Assembly: GCA_016866995.1 (NCBI GenBank)
Contig: VGKQ01000001.1
Location: 16,194-80,193, forward strand
Direction of reading: 5' to 3'
DNA: 64,000 nt
Source: Candidatus Pacearchaeota archaeon
GTDB lineage: Archaea > Nanobdellota > Nanobdellia > Pacearchaeales > GW2011-AR1
The position numbers and the translations under genes are program-made. Shown one piece after another: positions 17,849-27,414 of this stretch (its first letter is position 1; each line of letters opens with the position of its first letter). The notes beneath the pieces were generated by a model, which saw nothing but the letters and a program-made list of their open reading frames with translations, searched no databases and was not told where the DNA came from.

Positions 17849-20449
17849 TTAAGCAGTTACTACTGGATACACATTGCTTGTACCTAATGTAGTTGCGTGG
17901 TTCTCTTTCAACTTTGCTACAGCGTTCTTTGTATCAGCTGCCTCATATCCAGCAACTAACACAGCCACTTTGGCAGAATTGTAAGGAGATGCCACTGCCT
18001 TGATTAAGTACTGTCCTACTCCAACATTTGTTTTTGCTGTCCAAGCAGCGCCACAAACCGGAGCAGTTGCATTTGCATCCACTATCTTCCTTGCAACAGT
18101 ATTTACACAGCTTCCACCAACAACAAGAAGGTTCTTGTCTTTGACAGAGTCAACATCTGCGTCTTTGACAACTTTTATAGTGCCTCCGCCAGCAGATGCG
18201 CTTCCAGCAACAGTTACTGCGCTTGGTGACTTGAAAAGCACATCTACATACATCTGCTCATCCGGATAACTTACACTTACAGCATAGTTTGTTCCTGTTG
18301 AAACATCTCTTTCAACAAGAGTTCCGTAAGTTGTAACTCCCTTGCTTTTGTAGGTATTAGTCTGCATTGTCTGCAAGCTTAATACTGTATCAGCTGAAAC
18401 AGGAGTTCCTACTCCCGGCATGTTTGTTGAGCCACTTGTGTAAATTGTCAATGGAATGCATACATAGTTTCCATTTGTGTCTGAAAGAGTTTTTTCCTCT
18501 TGTATTAACACAGCAGGCCCATATGTTGCATTAACAATACACTCTGCCCACAAAGCATTGTCTGTATTAATTCCTTCTATAGTTGCAGTGCTGTTTGTGC
18601 TTAGCACATTAAGTGTGTAATTTACATTTCCAAACTTTGTGCTGCTTTCTCCAATCGCCTCTGTATCATTTCTTATTAACACAGTCTGTCCTGCCTTGTA
18701 TGTAGTTAAGTCATACAATCCAGGCAGCGAGTAAACAGTCCCGTTTGTAAGAGTGACTGGTGAGATAAACGAGAGCCACTCTCCATTTTTCAGCTTTATT
18801 CTTGGGAATACAGTAATCTGTGTTCCTGTAACAGCTGTAGAAGAGACTGCGCCCCAAGTCAAATTAACAACCCATTTTGATGAGTCTGTATTGCTTGGAT
18901 CAGTTGCAGCATTGTATTCAGCTCCACCGATTGTTCGTGCGCTTAAAGTTGCATTTCTTGTTCCTGTTGCAAAGTCATAATCTGTTCCAGTTATGACATC
19001 TCTCAATCTTGTATAGTCATTGGTGCTTGTGCCTGCTCCTATGCTAATGACTTGGAATATTCTTCCTTCATCATTGTCATTTGCAATTATCCAATCTCCA
19101 ACTTTGGCATTTGCTCCTTCAATGTTCCAGATTGTATAATTTGCATCTGTTGCGAGCTGTGCAAGCAAAGCCCCGTTTGCTATCAAGTCCCTGTCTCTTG
19201 CAAAAGCAAGCTGTTTTTCACCAGCAGTTCCAGCCAAGTATGATGTAAACTTGACTCTTGCTGCGACTGAATTATCAGTGTCAACAAGGATAGTGTCTCT
19301 GGCTGTTGAATTCATGTCAGGTGTTGCTGCTGCAAACTCTACTTGCACTCCACCAAGCACTCTATCTGTAAAGCTTTGTCCAACTGTAAGATAGTCGCCT
19401 GTTGCTGACTCTGCAGCCTGTGCAATTGTAACAGAGTTTATTCCAGAGCCGCTTGTTCCGCTAACTAATGCAGCTGTTCCAAGGATTGTTGTGTCATCTG
19501 CTCCATACTTAACAGCCTGATTATTCTCTAAATGCAGTGTCTTTGCTCCTAAAAGCAAATCAGCACTTGATAATGTTCCTGTTTTTGTTGCATGGAACAA
19601 ATCTTTCACATAAACCTGGAAATCTCCTGCAAATTTGTAGCTTGAACCTTTTGAAACAGTTTTTCTTACTCCATCAACTTCAATTGTTGCTGAAGTTGTT
19701 GAAGAAGTTCCAACAAGCAAGACAGTATGGTCTTTATCAGCCACTTTGACTGTCTTTGTCTCGCCTTCATTCACTGATGCTCCGGCTCCAGACCCATATA
19801 GATATAATGTGTCTGCGTCAGAATTTGCTCCAATTGTAAACTCTGAGCCAAGCATCTTTATTGTTGCAGTTCCAACTACACTTGAATCAGAGACATTTAA
19901 TGTCTTTGAAAATGTCAAGGTGTAATTGTACAAAGGTGTTGTTCCCTGGTAGCCTGTATCAACCAACAATCCAGGATCCATGCTCTCCCCGCTCTTTGAA
20001 AAGGTAACTTTTCTGTTGCCTCCAATCACAGTGATAGTCTGAGTATATTTATACTCTGTTCCTGAATTATCATATGCAGAACCATCTGCAAGGATGTTTG
20101 GCATATGATCTTTTGTAAGAATAGTTCTTGCTGCATTCAAAGCGCTGTTCATATACAGCTTTTGACTTGATGTAGCAAGATTTACACTATCTCCGCCAGT
20201 TGTAGTTGTTGTTGTAGTTGATGTTCCTACACTAACAAGAGCTTGCAGGGCTGTTTGAGTTGAAACAGCTGCATCCCAGTCACTTACAGCGCCAACCTGG
20301 CTTCCAGAAGTCACAACAACTGCGCCATCAGCAGCTCCTCCAACAACGAATGGTGCCGGATAGTTTGCTGCAGCTGCAATTCCTAAGGTGCTTCCTAGCA
20401 TTACAACACTAGCTAACACTGATGCAATTTTTCTGAAATTAAATTTCAT
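17849..20449 (-). CDS. S-layer / major cell-surface glycoprotein-like protein (866 aa)
   Basis: The N-terminal signal peptide is MKFNFRKIASVLASVVMLGSTLGIAAAA. The composition is extremely Thr/Ser/Gly/Ala/Val-rich with many N-x-S/T sequons. A long AT-rich leader lies upstream. Confidence 0.6.
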   Translation of the reverse strand: MKFNFRKIASVLASVVMLGSTLGIAAAANYPAPFVVGGAADGAVVVTSGSQVGAVSDWDAAVSTQTALQALVSVGTSTTTTTTTGGDSVNLATSSQKLYMNSALNAARTILTKDHMPNILADGSAYDNSGTEYKYTQTITVIGGNRKVTFSKSGESMDPGLLVDTGYQGTTPLYNYTLTFSKTLNVSDSSVVGTATIKMLGSEFTIGANSDADTLYLYGSGAGASVNEGETKTVKVADKDHTVLLVGTSSTTSATIEVDGVRKTVSKGSSYKFAGDFQVYVKDLFHATKTGTLSSADLLLGAKTLHLENNQAVKYGADDTTILGTAALVSGTSGSGINSVTIAQAAESATGDYLTVGQSFTDRVLGGVQVEFAAATPDMNSTARDTILVDTDNSVAARVKFTSYLAGTAGEKQLAFARDRDLIANGALLAQLATDANYTIWNIEGANAKVGDWIIANDNDEGRIFQVISIGAGTSTNDYTRLRDVITGTDYDFATGTRNATLSARTIGGAEYNAATDPSNTDSSKWVVNLTWGAVSSTAVTGTQITVFPRIKLKNGEWLSFISPVTLTNGTVYSLPGLYDLTTYKAGQTVLIRNDTEAIGESSTKFGNVNYTLNVLSTNSTATIEGINTDNALWAECIVNATYGPAVLIQEEKTLSDTNGNYVCIPLTIYTSGSTNMPGVGTPVSADTVLSLQTMQTNTYKSKGVTTYGTLVERDVSTGTNYAVSVSYPDEQMYVDVLFKSPSAVTVAGSASAGGGTIKVVKDADVDSVKDKNLLVVGGSCVNTVARKIVDANATAPVCGAAWTAKTNVGVGQYLIKAVASPYNSAKVAVLVAGYEAADTKNAVAKLKENHATTLGTSNVYPVVTA

Positions 20450-20748
20450 TTTTTTAACCTCCTTTCACTTGTTAAAATTTTTGGCTTTGTCTCGCATGAT
20501 GGCTTAATAGGGAATTGCCACCTGTTAGACAGTTCTCTCTGTAGTCCCTATTAGAATCTCTGTCATCGGCCGGCTTAAGCATAGCTTAAGCAAATACCTT
20601 AATTCTTTAGTATTTAAAAAGCTTTCTGTCACAACTTCGCTTTAAATATATATTATCGAGGGGAAGTTGGTTATTCCTTTATAAAGCTTTCGGTGTTACT
20701 AATATGTTAATACACTCTTATTTTAATTAAAATAGAAAGTTTTTTAAA

Positions 20749-20794
20749 CATATATGGTATAATATATCATATATGTATTATTTAGCCATATATG
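20749..20794 (+). promoter_or_regulatory. Three copies of the palindrome CATATATG at exact 19-bp spacing in the promoter of the wHTH gene 20821..21177
   Basis: The copies are at 20749-20756, 20768-20775 and 20787-20794. They overlap TATA-like sequence 27-72 nt upstream of the ATG. Confidence 0.5.
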
Positions 20795-20820
20795 CTAAAA
20801 AACATTAAAAATCAGATAAA

Positions 20821-21177
20821 ATGGCAAAAACCAAAAGAAAAAAGACTATAAAAGTTGGGATAACTCCAAATACTTTTTCATATTTATTTAAAAGATTAAG
20901 GAGGCAGGAGGAAGAGTATGAATTTTCAGAGCTTTCTGAATTAAGGCGGGTTTTAAGCAATGAAAAAGCAAAAATTCTTTACACAATAAAATATGAAAAG
21001 CCAGAATCAATCTATAAGCTTGCAAAACTGCTTAATCGAGACTTTAAATCAGTAAGCCAGGATTTAAAAATACTTGAAAAATTCGGATTTATTGAGTTCA
21101 GAAAAATTCAGAAAGGCAGGCATAAATTAAAGCCTGTTTTGCTTATTGATTCTTTAAACATAATATTTGAAGTTTGA
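20821..21177 (+). CDS. Winged-helix DNA-binding regulator (118 aa)
   Basis: The basic N-terminus and ...LSNEKAKILYTIKYEKPESIYKLAKLLNRDFKSVSQDLKILEKFGFIE... are wHTH-like. Confidence 0.5.
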   Translation: MAKTKRKKTIKVGITPNTFSYLFKRLRRQEEEYEFSELSELRRVLSNEKAKILYTIKYEKPESIYKLAKLLNRDFKSVSQDLKILEKFGFIEFRKIQKGRHKLKPVLLIDSLNIIFEV

Positions 21178-21363
21178 ATTAGCCTGATATTAGTTTAATT
21201 AATAGCTATATTTAATATTAATTTATAGTTATTTCTACACCAAATAAAACCAATTAAACACATTTTACAATTAACCTTATATATCAGCTAGTAATTGAAA
21301 GTCAGTAAAGCAGGGTATTTGCCAGTTTCAGTATGATTTTAGTTTAAATTGAGAAGTGTTATT

Positions 21364-21855
21364 TCACTTGCATACTTCAATCTCTTCCCTTATTCCTCCA
21401 AGAATCATTACACTTGCTCCTGTTTTTGTGCCAGAGCAATTTCCATATCTTGCCTGAACAAGCGTCCTGTTCGACTCAGAATAAATCTTCAAGTTATATG
21501 AATTAATGCTTCCAATACTCCAGCTTTTTTTCATCATATCTGAGATTGTCTCATTCAAAATAGAACAAGCTGTCTTATTGTTCAGGCATTTTCTTCCTGA
21601 ATTGCAAGAAACAATCAAATCTTTCAAATTGTTTCTTTTTTCAGGGCTTTCATAGCAGTTTGTTGTATATTTCAGGCTTGATTGTATAAAAGTTTCAAGT
21701 TCTGTATTTATGAGCTTTTTCTGCGGCTGTTTCAGGCTTATTGCAAGGAAAATAAGAGATATAACTACAACAAGGACTATGATAAGCACAAATCCCACAA
21801 TTTCCTCCTGCCCTTTATTTTTTATTTTCATCTTATTTTTTATTTTATCTTGCAA
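21364..21855 (-). CDS. Type IV pilin-like protein (archaeal class III signal peptide)
   Basis: The N-terminus is ...KNKGQEEIVGFVLIIVLVVVISLIF. A basic stretch, a G/A at -1, Q at +1 and then a hydrophobic helix match the EppA-type motif. Confidence 0.45.
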   Translation of the reverse strand: MQDKIKNKMKIKNKGQEEIVGFVLIIVLVVVISLIFLAISLKQPQKKLINTELETFIQSSLKYTTNCYESPEKRNNLKDLIVSCNSGRKCLNNKTACSILNETISDMMKKSWSIGSINSYNLKIYSESNRTLVQARYGNCSGTKTGASVMILGGIREEIEVCK

Positions 21856-21884
21856 ACTTATTTGCCAATATATTTATTTTCATC

Positions 21885-22445
21885 TTATGCTTGTGTCTTA
21901 TATCCTATTATTAATTTAGCTACTTCACACTGGAAATAAATATAATCATTCTCATTCACCCTGTGACAAAGAGAAACAAAGCTTGAAGCAGTGCTCTCCC
22001 CGCCTTTTTTATTGCTGTAAATCTTTATTAAATTGCAGTACGGATAATTTGATATAGTGCATAAAATTTCTGTATTATTGCTGGGATAAACTGTTCTTAT
22101 TTCTATGCTTGAGACTTGCCATAATTTCTGAAATACTGTTCTGTTTCCAAGTATCATTGCCCTGTCCCCATCAATGCAATAATCTCCGCACGAGAATTCA
22201 GCGCTTGAAGCAAGAAAACCAGCCATTTCAGTAGCCCTGTTCTTTTCTTCAATATTAACTTCCTTTTTCAAGTCCTGCATATAAATTACAAGATAAAACA
22301 ATCCAGCCAATATAAAAAATATGAAAACAGCCATTATCATAAATGCCATCTGATGAATTTTCAACTGGGCTTTCATTTTAAAACACCAAATCTCCCTGCA
22401 AAAATATAATTTACCATATTTTGCACCCCTCTTTTGCAGCATCAT
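21885..22445 (-). CDS. Type IV pilin-like protein (probable true start near 22376, MKAQ...)
   Basis: The internal MKAQLKIHQMAFMIMAVFIFFILAG fits the K-A|Q class III motif. The longer track ORF overlaps the upstream gene by 35 nt. Confidence 0.4.
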   Translation of the reverse strand: MMLQKRGAKYGKLYFCREIWCFKMKAQLKIHQMAFMIMAVFIFFILAGLFYLVIYMQDLKKEVNIEEKNRATEMAGFLASSAEFSCGDYCIDGDRAMILGNRTVFQKLWQVSSIEIRTVYPSNNTEILCTISNYPYCNLIKIYSNKKGGESTASSFVSLCHRVNENDYIYFQCEVAKLIIGYKTQA

Positions 22446-23391
22446 TTGCTTGTTTAACAGTTTTTGCAGCTTGTCTCAAATTTTCAAAGCCAACAGAATT
22501 TGTTGTGCTTCCAGCAGCATTAGCAAGATTTATCAGGCTTGTTGACATGACATTCCCGCATCCCCTTGTTGACATAAATCTTAATTCATCAGAATAAACA
22601 TAGCATATCTGCTGTATTCTTAGCATCAGTCTTTTCAAGTTGCACTCATATATTTCCGCATCTGAAAATATTGCTCCATATATCAAGCTCCCTGTAAATT
22701 TTAGTGTCTTGCTGTTTTTTGTCACATATCCTGTTTCATACTCATTCCCGCATCCAAAACCAGTGCAGGAAGGATGAACATTTATCTCACAATTTCCAGA
22801 ATTAAAGCAGACTTTTGTGTCAGGTGTTGAGCAGTTTTCAAGCTTTATGTCAAGATTCAAGGCTCTTATTTCTTCTTTTATAAAATCAGGAGAATTAACA
22901 AAGCAATATTTTTTTGTTGTCAGGAAAATTATTTCTGAAACTTTAAACGGCATCTCAAACGGCTTTGAGAAAAAGCTTATTCTCTTTCCTTGCTCTATTT
23001 CTCCTGAAAAAACATACTTATTGCTTAGAGTAATATCAAACCCGGGCTTTGGCCATTCTTTCATAAATCCTGATTTCTGAGAAATTGAAAAGTCCTGGCT
23101 TCCAAATGCTCCTGAACTCGAGCACTTGTTATAAATTCTTGTTTCAGTGTTCAAGTCAACATGAGTTGATTTTCCAGATGCCAAGCCAGTCTCAAGCGGA
23201 TTGAACAAAATTGTAAGCTGCTTGGCTATCTGAGTATTTGACTTGTATTCTCCCTGATTAATAAGTTGTGTTGCTCCATATATTGCAAGAAACAAGACGC
23301 ATGCCCCAACTAAAATTGCAAACAGCCATGTAAAACTGAATTCAAATCCTCTTTTATTTTGCAAGATAATTTTTTGAATTTTTCTTGCCAT
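22411..23391 (-). CDS. Pilin-like/surface protein with a class III-like signal (326 aa)
   Basis: The N-terminus is MARKIQKIILQNKRGFEFSFTWLFAILVGACVLFLAIYG. Confidence 0.4.
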   Translation of the reverse strand: MARKIQKIILQNKRGFEFSFTWLFAILVGACVLFLAIYGATQLINQGEYKSNTQIAKQLTILFNPLETGLASGKSTHVDLNTETRIYNKCSSSGAFGSQDFSISQKSGFMKEWPKPGFDITLSNKYVFSGEIEQGKRISFFSKPFEMPFKVSEIIFLTTKKYCFVNSPDFIKEEIRALNLDIKLENCSTPDTKVCFNSGNCEINVHPSCTGFGCGNEYETGYVTKNSKTLKFTGSLIYGAIFSDAEIYECNLKRLMLRIQQICYVYSDELRFMSTRGCGNVMSTSLINLANAAGSTTNSVGFENLRQAAKTVKQANDAAKEGCKIW

Positions 23392-23575
23392 TATTTTACC
23401 TCTTTTTTGTTAGTATATATTCTAAAGTATATTATGTTATTTAAATATAATCTTGTTTTAAATTAAGCGCATTTATGGAAATTAGCTGTTAAATTAATTA
23501 TTTATTGGCTGTTAGAATAATTAAACCATAAGCCCTCCATAATAAATATAAATATCCTAATAAAATAATTTTAAA

Positions 23576-24100
23576 TTATTTTATCCTGACAAGCCCCTCA
23601 TAAAATCCTTTTTCTATTGTCAAGCTTGCTTTCTTGTTTGGAATGCAGTATGGGTTGTCTCGAGATGTAATTGCAGTTATATTTATATGCTGTATCTCAA
23701 TTCCCCGAAAATCCTCGCACGCGCTTTTTACAGGATAAAAGAAAAGATTTCCATTTTCATCTCTCTTGTATACTGTCAAGTTTTCATAGAAATTCCTGTA
23801 TTTCCCTGATTCTCTTCTTGATGTGTCAAGAAAGCAGACATAATCAATTTTTCCAGGAAGGCTTATTGAAAAATTTCTCTCGCTCCTGTCCGAGTCCCAA
23901 GCATCATTTACAGCATCCTGTAAATCTTGTTTAAATATTCCTTCCTGTATCTCATCAGAAATTGTGCATTTATCCTTGCTAGGATTCCAAAATATAAAAA
24001 TTGCAACTATCGCTATAATTATGAAAAATACAATAAGAATTATAGAAAATATCATTGAAAATGGCAATCCTAAAATCTGCGCTTTCTTCTCTTTTTTCAT
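23576..24100 (-). CDS. Type IV pilin-like protein (class III signal peptide)
   Basis: The N-terminus is MKKEKKAQILGLPFSMIFSIILIVFFIIIAIVAI (KA|Q). Confidence 0.45.
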   Translation of the reverse strand: MKKEKKAQILGLPFSMIFSIILIVFFIIIAIVAIFIFWNPSKDKCTISDEIQEGIFKQDLQDAVNDAWDSDRSERNFSISLPGKIDYVCFLDTSRRESGKYRNFYENLTVYKRDENGNLFFYPVKSACEDFRGIEIQHINITAITSRDNPYCIPNKKASLTIEKGFYEGLVRIK

Positions 24101-24236
24101 TTTTTATTCCTTGGAAATATTACAAATATTTTTTTATTCTTTAGTTCTTATTAACATATAAACTTTTACTTTAACATGTTTTCAAGTTAATATAAATATC
24201 ATAATTAATATAACAATTAGAGTTATTTAAATATTA

Positions 24237-24569
24237 TTAGGCAATCCTCAAACCATTCTCAATTTTTCTTTCTGGCTGCAATAAGACAACATCATTATCT
24301 TTGACAACTCCTAAAATCAAGCACTCAGAAATAAAATTAGCAATCTGCTTTGGAGAAAAATTTACAACAGCTATAATCTGTTTTCCAACAAGCTCTTCTT
24401 TTTTGTAAAGTTTTGTGATTTGCGCAGATGATTTTTTTATTCCCAACTCCCCAAAATCAATCTTAAGCTTGTAAGAAGAGTTCTTGGCTTCAGGAAAATC
24501 AAGAACTTCAAGGATAGTTCCAACTCTAATATCAATTTTCTCAAAATCTTTCCATGATATTTGTTCCAT
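24237..24569 (-). CDS. tRNA-binding protein (Trbp111/CsaA, EMAP-like OB fold)
   Basis: FEKIDIRVGTILEV...YKLKIDFGE...QIIAVVNF matches the tRNA-binding domain signature. Confidence 0.75.
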   Translation of the reverse strand: MEQISWKDFEKIDIRVGTILEVLDFPEAKNSSYKLKIDFGELGIKKSSAQITKLYKKEELVGKQIIAVVNFSPKQIANFISECLILGVVKDNDVVLLQPERKIENGLRIA

Positions 24570-24600
24570 AATTTCTTACATTTTTCAGATATTTAATTTT

Positions 24601-25221
24601 TTACATCCCATTTATTTCTTGTTCAATCATTGAAACATATTCTTTGTTGTCTTCCTTGTTTGTGCTGAGATATCCGATATTTTCATCTGAGTTAAACATG
24701 CTTACAAACTCAAATGCAAGCTTCCTGTCAATAATTCCAATTTTTCTCCTGTCTTTTCTCCTCATTATCTTAATTTTCTCTTTTTTCTTTCCAAGAAAAT
24801 CCAGCCTGAGTTCATCTATTGCAATCTCTGCCTTTTCTTCCATAAAATATTTTAACAAAAAAATAAGAAGTATTTTCTCATCTTTTAAAATAATCTGGGA
24901 AAATCTCTTGTTTAATATTCCAAAATGATTTTCAAGATATAATTTTTCAAGAAATGAGATAATTTCCAGGTCTGTGCTTGAATATAAAAATGATGGAGGC
25001 AGGAGAATATACGAAAAAAAATCCTGCTCCTCTGGCTTTGCTTTTCCTACTGCTCCCAATTCAAACAAGCTTTTCAAGAGCCTGTATCTCTTGCTGTAAC
25101 TAAATTCTTTCTCAAGTTCATTCTCTTTTTTCTTCAGAATTAAATAGTAAACCCTAGCCTCATCAAATCCGAGCACCTCTGAAAGCGCCTGTTGTGCAGC
25201 CCTATCCAGGAGATTGTTCAT
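24601..25221 (-). CDS. Hypothetical protein (206 aa)
   Basis: ORF only. Confidence 0.3.
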   Translation of the reverse strand: MNNLLDRAAQQALSEVLGFDEARVYYLILKKKENELEKEFSYSKRYRLLKSLFELGAVGKAKPEEQDFFSYILLPPSFLYSSTDLEIISFLEKLYLENHFGILNKRFSQIILKDEKILLIFLLKYFMEEKAEIAIDELRLDFLGKKKEKIKIMRRKDRRKIGIIDRKLAFEFVSMFNSDENIGYLSTNKEDNKEYVSMIEQEINGM

Positions 25222-25685
25222 GTTTATCTATCAGCATTTCTTTCATTTTTTCAACTCTTTCTCTGATTTCAGAAGCAAGATTTGCAGTTTCAGCATCTTC
25301 TATTTTTATTTTATCAATTGCTTCTAAGTCAGAGCTGATAAAATATAATCTTGATAATACTCTCTTTATTTTTGTTTTTTCAATTTCATTCATTCTCTTT
25401 ATTGCTCCATTCTATTCTATTTTCACATTCAGGGCATACATAAGCTTGTTCTTCAACCAGCACACTCATATTCACCCTTTTCCCGTTTTTTATACACTCT
25501 CTACAATACATAATATACTTAATTAAATTAAGTATATATGCTCTTTTTTTCATGGCTTTATGAATGTTTCAGCATTTTACTGAAGCTAACCCCATTCTTT
25601 CTTATAGAATACCTGCTGAAACTGCTGAACCAAAAGTTTAAATATCTGAACGTATTTAATAAATCAGGCAAAAAGAATAAAAAAT

Positions 25686-27260
25686 ATGCACCAAACAGAA
25701 CAAAAGATAATTGCCTTATTCAGAAAAGAGAATAATGAGTTGTCTACTTCTAATATTCTTGAACAGATTGATGAAAATTATTCTAAATTAAAAAATCAGC
25801 TTGGCTCATGCTCTCCTGATTATTTAAAAAAATTAAAATACGAACTTGCTCAATCGCACAGGAGAACCCTTCATCATATAAACAAGCTTGTCGAGCTTGG
25901 AGTTTTAAGATTAACAAGGCACGGAGAAAGAGGGGAAAAATTTTTCTCATTAAATCTCTCTGACAATGAAGAAATTATTGTTTCTGGCTTGAAAAAAAGA
26001 GTTCTTGTCTCCAAGCCAATTATTCCAACAATGCCTATTGAAGGCTATGAGCAAAAAGCAATCCTGTCAAAATATGAAACAGCAACCTGGATTGACAGGC
26101 TTAATTCAGTTATAATTAGATGTGAACTTGTAAATTCTGCAGGCGATTTATATAATATCTTAAGTGAGGATATTTTTCCTTTAATTAATGATTCTATCTG
26201 CTTAGATTGTTTTGAAAATATTATAAACAAGGAAAATGTCTCAAATTTTATTGAAAAAATAAATTCAGAATCAGAAGAATACGGCAAAAAAATAAGTTTT
26301 ATAATCAATCTTTCAAATATAAAGCACAAGGAAAATTTCTCAAGCTTTCTGAGTTTAATAGACAAAAAGCCGAAAAATATTGTTTTTATCTTCAATTTAA
26401 ATTCAAATGAACTGCAGGAATTTTTTGAATTGTTCAAAAAAATAGTTGAGATTTATTCCAAGAATAAAATGCCTCTTTTTATAAAAAACAAGAATATTTT
26501 TCCAGCGCCATATTTTCTTGGAAGAGCAGGGCCTTACTGCATAGATATTAAAGAATGGCTTTCAGATGATATCAAGAATAAAATTTGCATTGCCTGCTCC
26601 CAGTCATCAATAATAATTGATGTAAATAAATTTTATCTCGAATACGGCTTGGATGTAAGAAAATTTTCAGAAATGCTGCTTAATATTTCAAAGTCTATTT
26701 TGTCTGCAAATTCTCTTCAAAGGAGAAAATCAGAAGAATATTTCAAGAATATAATACTGTTAAATTCAAAAAGAGATTTTCTTGAAATATCAAGAAATTA
26801 CATACGTTTTTGGAATTTTGGGCTGAGCCAGCCGGATATAGAACAGGATTTTGTTTTGAATATGATAAGCGAGGCAAAAAAGAAAATTGACAATTTTTCT
26901 ATAGCAGAAGAAATTATTTACAACAGCTGCGGAATGCCTACAAGATTTCGTCTTGCATTTTCCTGCGCATTCAGGCAGGCAGATGAAAAATTATCCCCTG
27001 CAAAATTTGAAAAGCTTGAAATCAAGAATCTTGAGGAATTATACAAATCAAAGCTGAAAAAAGAGATGATAGCAAGGGAGATTGTCTCGAGCATTTTTGA
27101 CGGGGGAAATGATGTAAATTTTTTCAGAACAGGCACTTTTAATGCAGATGATGTGATAAGGGAGATAAACGTAATTCTCAACACATACAAAATTCCATTA
27201 TTCAGCTATGATTTTGAAAAAATTAAAACTGACTTGAAATTGTCAGATTTTTTAAAATAA
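25686..27260 (+). CDS. Hypothetical protein (524 aa) with a possible N-terminal wHTH
   Basis: A long ORF with AT-rich codon usage typical of the genome; there are no catalytic motifs. Confidence 0.4.
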   Translation: MHQTEQKIIALFRKENNELSTSNILEQIDENYSKLKNQLGSCSPDYLKKLKYELAQSHRRTLHHINKLVELGVLRLTRHGERGEKFFSLNLSDNEEIIVSGLKKRVLVSKPIIPTMPIEGYEQKAILSKYETATWIDRLNSVIIRCELVNSAGDLYNILSEDIFPLINDSICLDCFENIINKENVSNFIEKINSESEEYGKKISFIINLSNIKHKENFSSFLSLIDKKPKNIVFIFNLNSNELQEFFELFKKIVEIYSKNKMPLFIKNKNIFPAPYFLGRAGPYCIDIKEWLSDDIKNKICIACSQSSIIIDVNKFYLEYGLDVRKFSEMLLNISKSILSANSLQRRKSEEYFKNIILLNSKRDFLEISRNYIRFWNFGLSQPDIEQDFVLNMISEAKKKIDNFSIAEEIIYNSCGMPTRFRLAFSCAFRQADEKLSPAKFEKLEIKNLEELYKSKLKKEMIAREIVSSIFDGGNDVNFFRTGTFNADDVIREINVILNTYKIPLFSYDFEKIKTDLKLSDFLK

Positions 27261-27414
27261 TATTTTAAAAAATAATAATAGAAAATATTAAGATGACTGA
27301 AATAAAACTGCAAGAATATAAAATAGCTAAAGATAATAAAACTGATAATAGCATAAATATAAAATATAATAACTTCTTGTTTTATTTAATTAAATTCTCT
27401 TTGCCAATATTAAG

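Noticed and set aside
17849-20449. Higher GC of the S-layer gene as evidence of horizontal transfer
   Set aside because: The elevation is explained by its Thr/Ala/Gly/Val-rich amino-acid composition. The codon third positions still look AT-biased.
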